50,953 nt of DNA from Candidatus Uhrbacteria bacterium. Lineage in GTDB: Bacteria; Patescibacteriota; Patescibacteriia; UBA9934. The position numbers were made by a program, and so were the translations under genes. The first letter of the stretch is position 1. The number at the start of each line of letters is the position of its first letter. The notes beneath the pieces were generated by a model, which worked only from the letters and a program-made list of their open reading frames with translations, was not told where the DNA came from and ran no database searches. This document shows, one piece after another, positions 44,587-50,953 of this stretch. Where the stretch lies: NCBI GenBank assembly GCA_943354605.1, contig CALRCK010000006.1, positions 1 through 50,953 of the forward strand. The letters run 5' to 3'.

Positions 44587-46512
44587 ATGGTCTCTCTCCG
44601 TGAACGTGACGCTGGAACGCATGGGAAACGCCTCCGAATGTTGCGAGGTGTTCTTTTTGCTTTTTTTGGAGTGATTTGGATTCGTCTTTTTGTGCTGCAA
44701 GTGGTTTCTGCGGAGTTTTATCAAGACATCGCCAACGGCAAATATTCTTTGTACGAGGAGCTTGTTCCAGAGCGCGGGAAGATCACGGTTCACGATTTTG
44801 ACGACCCTACGCCATACGACGTTGCAACGAACGAACCGCAAGCGGTGATAACGGCGGATCCGCGGAAAATTACCGACGCCACCGATGCTGGAAAACGCAT
44901 TGCACAGGCATTGGGATGGGAAGGCGTGGACGAATACGATCGGTACGCGCTGATTGCGAGCCTCGAATCGCAAGGAAAACAGGACGAAGCCGACTCGCTC
45001 CGAGCGTTGACCGCTTGCGCCCCGGCGACGGTTACGACCCCCTCCGACTCCCCCTTAGCAGAGGGAGAGGTGTCATCGGAGGAGGTTGAATCCGATGCGT
45101 GTCTTCAAGAAGACGCAAACGTGAAAAAGATTACGGATCTTATTGCTCGCCTTGGGAAGCACGACGATCCATACGAGCCCGTTGCAGAAGGTGTCGACGC
45201 GGAGTCGCTCGACCGATTGCTCGCGCTGAACATCGACGGTATTTCTTACGTCCTCAAGGATTCGCGATCGTATCCAGAGAAGGGATTCGGTGGCCATGTG
45301 TTGGGATTTGTCGGAAAAGATGATTCAGATAACCCAGTGGGGAACTACGGACTTGAGGGATATTTTAATGATTTTCTTGCCGGAAAGCCGGGTGAAATTT
45401 CGTCACAGCTCGCAAGCCGGGCCTATACGCCGGCGATTGACGGCGGTTCGTTGGTGCTGACGATTGACCGCACGGTGCAGTACACGGCGTGCAAGATGCT
45501 CCGCGACGGCGTGCAGCAGTATCACGCGGATACTGGTGTGCTTGTTATTGTGGAGCCGTCGACGGGCAGAATTCTTGCGATGTGTGGTAGTCCAGATTTC
45601 GATCCCGCAGAGTATTCCAACGTTGGGAGTATTTCCGACTTTAACAATCAGGCGATTTTTACGCCATACGAACCGGGCTCGATTTTTAAGCCGTTCACTC
45701 TTGCGGCTGGTATCGATACGGGTGCCATTACGCCGAACACCGTTTTTGACGACCCAGGTTTTGTAAAACTCGACGATCGAACCATCCGCAATGCGCTCGA
45801 AAAGTCGTATGGAAAAATTACCATGACACAGGGCCTTGAAGAATCGGTGAACACCGCGATGGTGTATGCCATGGAGCGCACCGGAAAAGATACATTTACG
45901 CAATATGTGAAGAATTTTGGTTTCGGAACGCTGACAGGCATTACGTTGAACACTGAAGTTGCGGGAACGGTTGCGTCGCTCGATGAACCAGGAATTGTGT
46001 ATGCCGGCACGGCAAGTTTTGGACAAGGTATTACGGTGACGCCGCTGCAGATTGTGATGGGCTATGCGGCGATCGCGAACGGGGGATCGTTGATGGTTCC
46101 ACAGATTGTGGACGAGATGCAATATTCCGACGGTACCATCGACAAAAAACTTCCCGTGAAAGTTCGGCAGGTTATTGATGCAAAAACTGCGACAACCGTT
46201 GGTGGCATGCTTGTTTCCGTGGTGGAGAACGGTCACGGAAAGCGTGCAAAAGTTCCGGGATATTGGATTGCGGGGAAGACGGGAACGGCACAGATTGCTG
46301 AGAACGGTGGATATTCGGAAACCGCGTTTAACGGATCGTTTGCGGGGTTTGGCCCAGTCGAAAACCCGAAGTTTGCGATGATCGTCAAACTTTCCAATCC
46401 AAAAACAGCATCGAACCTTGGCGTTGCGTGGGGTGAGGCGACCGCAGCACCAATCTTTGGTGAAATCGCAAAGTTCCTCATGCAGTACTACCGCATTCCA
46501 CCGACGAGGTAG
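44587..46512 (+). CDS. Class B penicillin-binding protein (FtsI/PBP2-like)
   Basis: TM anchor, RG.I, R.YP, G.YGLE, EPGSIFK (SxxK), SVN (SxN), KTGTAQ. Confidence 0.93.
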   Translation: MVSLRERDAGTHGKRLRMLRGVLFAFFGVIWIRLFVLQVVSAEFYQDIANGKYSLYEELVPERGKITVHDFDDPTPYDVATNEPQAVITADPRKITDATDAGKRIAQALGWEGVDEYDRYALIASLESQGKQDEADSLRALTACAPATVTTPSDSPLAEGEVSSEEVESDACLQEDANVKKITDLIARLGKHDDPYEPVAEGVDAESLDRLLALNIDGISYVLKDSRSYPEKGFGGHVLGFVGKDDSDNPVGNYGLEGYFNDFLAGKPGEISSQLASRAYTPAIDGGSLVLTIDRTVQYTACKMLRDGVQQYHADTGVLVIVEPSTGRILAMCGSPDFDPAEYSNVGSISDFNNQAIFTPYEPGSIFKPFTLAAGIDTGAITPNTVFDDPGFVKLDDRTIRNALEKSYGKITMTQGLEESVNTAMVYAMERTGKDTFTQYVKNFGFGTLTGITLNTEVAGTVASLDEPGIVYAGTASFGQGITVTPLQIVMGYAAIANGGSLMVPQIVDEMQYSDGTIDKKLPVKVRQVIDAKTATTVGGMLVSVVENGHGKRAKVPGYWIAGKTGTAQIAENGGYSETAFNGSFAGFGPVENPKFAMIVKLSNPKTASNLGVAWGEATAAPIFGEIAKFLMQYYRIPPTR

Positions 46513-46531
46513 GTATAACATCGATCTGAAG

Positions 46532-46860
46532 CTGAACCTTTGAGGGTTGTGACGGGAGTTCGGAAGGGTCTTGCGAGAGCGGGGGTACTTGATTTCAAAC
46601 AAGGTGTTTTGCAAACGCAACCGAGTTGCGTCTTGAAAACGCTGACTGATTTTGGTGATCTGCGTGGTTGGCGATACCGCCGCTCACGATCATCGATCGC
46701 GCATTTGCGAAATTGATTTCATTCTTTCCCTCAATTCTCAGCTCAGATCGCATTATTGCCACATTTTAAAACCCCAAAATTCGAGGGTACCGTTTTCTGT
46801 CGCAATACCCCATACTCCCCGGCCGCATGCCTTCTCGTCCTCATTCTTTCAAAGGTTCAG
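46532..46860 (+). repeat. Dispersed ~340-bp non-coding element, copy C
   Basis: Perfect 12-bp terminal inverted repeat CTGAACCTTTGA/TCAAAGGTTCAG; blocks shared with copies A and B. Confidence 0.85.
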
Positions 46861-46902
46861 ACGAATTCACTTTTCCCCCATTTTCACATACACTTCTTTC
46901 AT

Positions 46903-48195
46903 ATGAAGCCCATTGTTATCCGCGTACTCCGATATCTCGCCAAGCGGCAAATTGCCAAGTTTCAGCCAATGGTGATTGCGGTCACGGGGAGTGTGGGTAA
47001 GACGAGTACCAAAAATGCTATTGCGATTGCGCTGAGTTCGACGCTCGACGTACGAACGGCGAATAAGAATTACAACAACGAATTTGGCGTGCCACTCGCC
47101 ATCATGGGAGAGATGAGTCCGGGGAAAAATGTGTGGGAATGGGTGAAGCTGTTTGCGCGTCAGTACAGCGTGAAGACGTTTCCAACACATCTTGTGCTCG
47201 AATATGGTGCCGATCGCTCTGGCGATATTCAGGCGTCGTGCGACATTGCTCGACCAGATGTTGCGGTGATCACTGCAATTTCTCCAGTACACGCATCGAA
47301 TTACAAAAACTTTGGCGCGCTTGCGGACGAGAAAGCCACACTCGGCGATAATGTAAAAGAAGACGGATTGGTCATTTTGAACGCAGACGATCAGACGGTG
47401 AATCTCATGCGCGATCGCTTTGCTGCGACAACGGCAACGTATGGAAAGTCTGGCCGACAAGCGAACATCAAAGATATTTACGTGAAGACGGTACTCGACG
47501 ATCATTACGCGCCAAACGATGTCGCGGTGCTGACGAAGGCCGCGATTGAAATTGACGGCGAAACCGTGGATCTCAAACTGCCGAATTGTTTGGGCGATAC
47601 GCCGGTGTTTGCGTGTGCCGCGGCACTGCTCGTAGCAAAACATTGTGATGTTCCGCTCAAGAAGGCCGCGAAAGCATTGAATGAATCATTTGCGCCAGCG
47701 CCAGGAAGGCTTCGACCAATCGCCGGAGTCAAAGGATCGTTAATCCTCGACGACACGTACAACGCGGCTCCAGCATCCACCATCGCTGCGCTCGACGCTC
47801 TTGCGTTGTTTACTGCCGATCGCCCGGGAAGCAGGCGCATCGCCGCTCTCGGAAAAATGGCAGAGCTCGGACAATATTCTGAAGCCGAGCACGCCGCTGT
47901 TGGTCGTAGAGTTTCCGAGGTTGCCGATATCTTTGTTGCTGCGGGAAACGAAATGCAGGGCGCGGCAGACGAAGCTGAACGCATGGGGATGAAGTCGTCA
48001 GCAGTCGTTCGTGTGCACGACGCCGTGGAAGCTGGCCGATGGCTTGATACAAACGTGAAGGAAGGCGACATCGTTCTTGTGAAGGGCTCGCAAAGCGCGC
48101 GCATGGAAAAGGCGGCGAAAGACATTATCGCCGAACCGTTGCGCGCAAAAGAATTGCTTGTTCGACAGGAAGTATATTGGTTGAAGAATGGATAG
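46903..48195 (+). CDS. murF: UDP-N-acetylmuramoyl-tripeptide--D-Ala-D-Ala ligase
   Basis: AVTGSVGKTSTK, NNEFGVP, DDTYNA.P, G.M.ELG, LVKGS. Confidence 0.92.
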   Translation: MKPIVIRVLRYLAKRQIAKFQPMVIAVTGSVGKTSTKNAIAIALSSTLDVRTANKNYNNEFGVPLAIMGEMSPGKNVWEWVKLFARQYSVKTFPTHLVLEYGADRSGDIQASCDIARPDVAVITAISPVHASNYKNFGALADEKATLGDNVKEDGLVILNADDQTVNLMRDRFAATTATYGKSGRQANIKDIYVKTVLDDHYAPNDVAVLTKAAIEIDGETVDLKLPNCLGDTPVFACAAALLVAKHCDVPLKKAAKALNESFAPAPGRLRPIAGVKGSLILDDTYNAAPASTIAALDALALFTADRPGSRRIAALGKMAELGQYSEAEHAAVGRRVSEVADIFVAAGNEMQGAADEAERMGMKSSAVVRVHDAVEAGRWLDTNVKEGDIVLVKGSQSARMEKAAKDIIAEPLRAKELLVRQEVYWLKNG

Positions 48196-48228
48196 TATCT
48201 GGATCATAAAGGCTCCATAATGATGCTG

Positions 48229-48256
48229 CATGTAAGTAGCGATCGCGACTTTTATG
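48229..48256. repeat. Degenerate copy of the PaaX-flanking palindrome, ending in the start ATG
   Basis: CATGTAAGTAGCGATCGCGACTTTTATG; 25/28 identical to 48774-48801. Confidence 0.85.
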
Positions 48257-48771
48257 CCTCGTTCTCTCAAACTCCATTCAAAATCGAGTAATCTTTTTCA
48301 GGAGATAGCCGAAAGTTGCGACCTTCTTTTTTCGGTTGGGAATAATCCTTCAGGTTTTTGCGATATGGAGTTGATGGAATGAATCGTATTCGTAAAGCAA
48401 AAGAACACCGATACGAAAAACAGATTTTACAAAGACTCGTGAAAAAGAAACTGATTGTTATTCAAGAAGCTGGAGAAACGTTGCGCGCAGCTTTAACCCA
48501 AACGGGGGAAAATGAATTATTTCGTTTACAGATCATTCATGCACCGCGGTGTCTGGATGGTCAGATCTGTATGGTCGTTTTTGACATTCCAGAATCAAAA
48601 AAACAGTTGCGGAAAAATTTGAGAGATTTTCTGAGGTATGCGAGTTTTACGCCACTCCAAAAAAGTGTTTGGATTTCCGCGCGCGATGCAACGACGCCTC
48701 TTTCAAGGCTCTTTGCTTCGAAAAAATTATCGCGTTGGATTTCTGTCTTTCGTGCAGAGAAAATTAACTGA
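48254..48771 (+). pseudogene. PaaX-like protein (wHTH + Cas2-like domain), split by a 1-nt frameshift near 48347-48357
   Basis: Frame from ATG 48254 reads MPRSLKLHSK...NNP; the -1 frame continues FRFLRYG...LT..G...VVFDIPE..K.LR..LR.FL....F.PLQKSVW. Confidence 0.72.
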
Positions 48772-48806
48772 AACATAAAAGTCGCGATCGCGACTTTTAT
48801 GTTTCA
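48769..48806. repeat. Perfect 38-bp palindrome beginning at the stop codon
   Basis: TGAAACATAAAAGTCGCGA|TCGCGACTTTTATGTTTCA, no loop. Confidence 0.92.
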
Positions 48807-48815
48807 TCCTTGATA

Positions 48816-50639
48816 TCAATCCACCGTCACCGCCTTTGCTAAGTTGCGAGGGCGGTCGGGGTTGATGCCTTTTAGGACGGCAAGTTCGTACGCAAGGATT
48901 TGCATCGGGATGTTCGCCACAAGGCCAGTGAGGACGCCGTTTTTTGGAACAATAATGGTTTCCGTCGCGACACGCTCGGCAAGCTTCGGATTGTCCGTAA
49001 TGATGATGGTTCGCGCGCCGCGAGCTCGCACTTCCTCGGCCGCTGTTCGCATTAGCTGACCGTGCTGGTCGTCGAAGATGCAAAGAATGACCGGTGTATT
49101 CTCGACGATGAGCGCAAACGGTCCGTGTTTCAGTGCGCCGCCAGCGTAGCCCTCGGCATGGAGATACGTAATCTCCTTAATTTTCAGCGCACCTTCGCGA
49201 GCAATACTTTCGCACGCTCCTTTGCCGAGAACGAAGCAATGTTCAGCGTCGACGAGCGTCTTTGCGATTTCTTTACACGCCTCGCGGGTGTTCAATGCGA
49301 TTTTGACGAGCGTTGGCAGGCGACGAAGTTCGTCGATGAGATGCTTACGGCGTTCAACCTCCGTTCCCCGATGCATACTAAACCACGCGGCAATCATTTC
49401 GAGCGCAACGACCTGTGTGCTGAATGCTTTTGTGGAAGCAACTGCATGTTCGCGACCAGCGTTCAGGTACACGCCGCATTTCGTCGATCGCGCAATGAGG
49501 GAACCAACCGCGTTCACCACAGAAAATGTTGGCACGCCGCGGTCTTGAGCAATGACGAGCGCACGATGCGTGTCTTTTGTTTCGCCAGATTGCGAAATGA
49601 CGAGAAGTCCGGCGCCATGCGGAGCGAAATGGTGTTCGGTAATCTCCGACGCATCAACCACCTGAACCGTGTCGAATGCCTTGAGGGCACGCATACCCAG
49701 TGCACCGTACATTCCAGCATGCAGCGATGTTCCACATGCGGCGATGACAAGGTGCTTAATACCGAGAAGAGTTTCTTTGTTCCGTTCAAGTCCGCCGAGT
49801 TTGATCTCGAGATCCGTTGGAATGCGTGCGCCATGATTCAGTGTTCGTGCCAACGCATCCGGTTGCTCCATGATTTCTTTAATCGTCCAATGATCAAATG
49901 GCGCCGGGGAGAGCTCAATGACTTCCTCGGGTGCAAGCTCTACGCGCGATGTGTCGAGTGTGGTTCCTTCTGGAGTGATGAGTGCGAACTCGCCGTTTTG
50001 TAATGCAATAAATTCGCGAGTGTGGTTATTGAACGCCGAAGGTTCGCTGGCCACGTACATCGTGCCTCGACCAACGCCAACCACAAGCGGACTGCCATTG
50101 CGTGCCGCGAGAATGGTGTTTGGCATGATGGGGGAGACGACCGCAACGCCCCACGTGCCTTCCAGTTTTGCGAGTGCGTGTTTCATGGCAACGTCGAGCG
50201 CCTCACCATCGTCCAGGTATTTACCGATGAGCTGCGCAATAACTTCCGTGTCGGTTTGGGATTTAAAGACGATGCCCGCGGCCTCGAGGCTTGCTTTCAG
50301 CGCATGAGAGTTCTCGATAACACCGTTATGGACAAGCGCGAGGCGGTTCTTCATGTCCGAATGCGGATGAGCGTTGGCATCCGTTTTTCCACCGTGCGTT
50401 GCCCAGCGGGTGTGGCCAATGCCGGATCGGTTTCCGACGTGCTCGGGCAGATGTTCTCTGAGCCGAGCAATGGCGTTTGCTGTTGCGCCGCTCGCAAACT
50501 TTGTCGTCACAATCTCGCCGGCGTCAGAAACCGTGGCAACGCCAGCGGAATCGTATCCACGACTTTCCAAGATCGAAAGCCCGTCAATAATTGTACTGAC
50601 GCTATCGGTATCACCAACAACCCCGATGATTCCACACAT
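48816..50639 (-). CDS. glmS: Glutamine--fructose-6-phosphate aminotransferase
   Basis: MCGII, RGYDSAG, GHTRWATHG, HNGVIEN, SQSGET, VASTKAF, PRNLAKAVTVD. Confidence 0.97.
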   Translation of the reverse strand: MCGIIGVVGDTDSVSTIIDGLSILESRGYDSAGVATVSDAGEIVTTKFASGATANAIARLREHLPEHVGNRSGIGHTRWATHGGKTDANAHPHSDMKNRLALVHNGVIENSHALKASLEAAGIVFKSQTDTEVIAQLIGKYLDDGEALDVAMKHALAKLEGTWGVAVVSPIMPNTILAARNGSPLVVGVGRGTMYVASEPSAFNNHTREFIALQNGEFALITPEGTTLDTSRVELAPEEVIELSPAPFDHWTIKEIMEQPDALARTLNHGARIPTDLEIKLGGLERNKETLLGIKHLVIAACGTSLHAGMYGALGMRALKAFDTVQVVDASEITEHHFAPHGAGLLVISQSGETKDTHRALVIAQDRGVPTFSVVNAVGSLIARSTKCGVYLNAGREHAVASTKAFSTQVVALEMIAAWFSMHRGTEVERRKHLIDELRRLPTLVKIALNTREACKEIAKTLVDAEHCFVLGKGACESIAREGALKIKEITYLHAEGYAGGALKHGPFALIVENTPVILCIFDDQHGQLMRTAAEEVRARGARTIIITDNPKLAERVATETIIVPKNGVLTGLVANIPMQILAYELAVLKGINPDRPRNLAKAVTVD

Positions 50640-50775
50640 ATTCTTGTATTTAGTAGAGAACGACCATCTGACAATATCTCTGCCGAACATACCGAGCAAG
50701 TATGTCTGAGGATAAGTTGACAGACATTTCAACCCTTAGGGTTGAGCAACGCTAAGGGTTGCAAGGGAACGTTCG

Positions 50776-50804
50776 TTGACCAAGGTTGAATTTTTTGGTA
50801 TTAT
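50776..50804 (+). promoter_or_regulatory. sigma70 promoter of the tRNA gene
   Basis: TTGACC-17 nt-TATTAT with TG extension, 14 nt before the tRNA. Confidence 0.75.
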
Positions 50805-50818
50805 TTTCACGCATTTTC

Positions 50819-50893
50819 GGCTCCATCGTCTAACGGTTAGGACAGAGGCTTCTCAAGCCTTTAATCGGGGTTCGATTCCCCGTGGAGTCACCA
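50819..50893 (+). tRNA. tRNA-Glu (anticodon CTC)
   Basis: Acceptor GGCTCCA/TGGAGTC, anticodon arm GAGGC-TTCTCAA-GCCTT, T-loop GGTTCGATTCC, encoded CCA. Confidence 0.96.
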
Positions 50894-50914
50894 TCACCGA
50901 ATCGGTGTCCAAAC

Positions 50915-50940
50915 AGAGCTCCCTGAAAGGGGAGTTTTGT
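50915..50940 (+). terminator. Intrinsic terminator after the tRNA
   Basis: GAGCTCCC-TGAAAG-GGGAGTTT followed by TGT. Confidence 0.7.
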
Positions 50941-50953
50941 GTTATCTCTGCGA

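Noticed and set aside
15047-48771. CRISPR-Cas locus (Cas4-like and Cas2-like genes)
   Set aside because: No repeat-spacer array or cas1; the genes are 33 kb apart; the 27-bp repeat has no spacers and is coding
50640-50810. glmS ribozyme
   Set aside because: The conserved core (AGCGCC...GACGAGG) is not found on the minus strand
50819-50953. Prophage or island integrated at tRNA-Glu
   Set aside because: No integrase and no duplicated tRNA 3' end noticed in the window; sequence beyond the window is unseen

Overview
Chromosomal segment of a small-genome bacterium. The gene repertoire (short MetK, solo PaaX/Cas2-like gene, VirD4/HerA-like ATPase pair, tandem Ser/Thr-rich surface proteins, few Shine-Dalgarno motifs) suggests Patescibacteria/CPR; this is an inference. 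Housekeeping genes: nth, manC, mltG, pcrA/uvrD, malic enzyme, ugd, tgt, secD/secF, uppP, nrdJ plus cobO (tandem NrdR boxes upstream), ftsI-like PBP, murF, glmS and tRNA-Glu(CTC). An accessory/defence region at about 8.5-19.1 kb holds an OLD-family ATPase-TOPRIM nuclease, an HTH-fused C5 methyltransferase with a Cfr10I/Bse634I-type endonuclease, metK under a SAM-I riboswitch, a zeta-like kinase with a small partner, a Cas4-like nuclease, HigBA, a GIY-YIG nuclease and three GC-rich orphan genes. Most unusual signals: (1) a ~330-350 bp non-coding element present three times, with paired termini showing a compensatory base change; (2) a frameshifted PaaX/Cas2-like gene bracketed at its start and stop codons by copies of a long palindrome; (3) SecD with parvulin PPIase domains inserted; (4) several REP-like families, one inserted in frame in the PBP gene; (5) many -10 boxes only 6-10 nt upstream of start codons. 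All calls come from reading the sequence and motifs; no database searches or computations were run.
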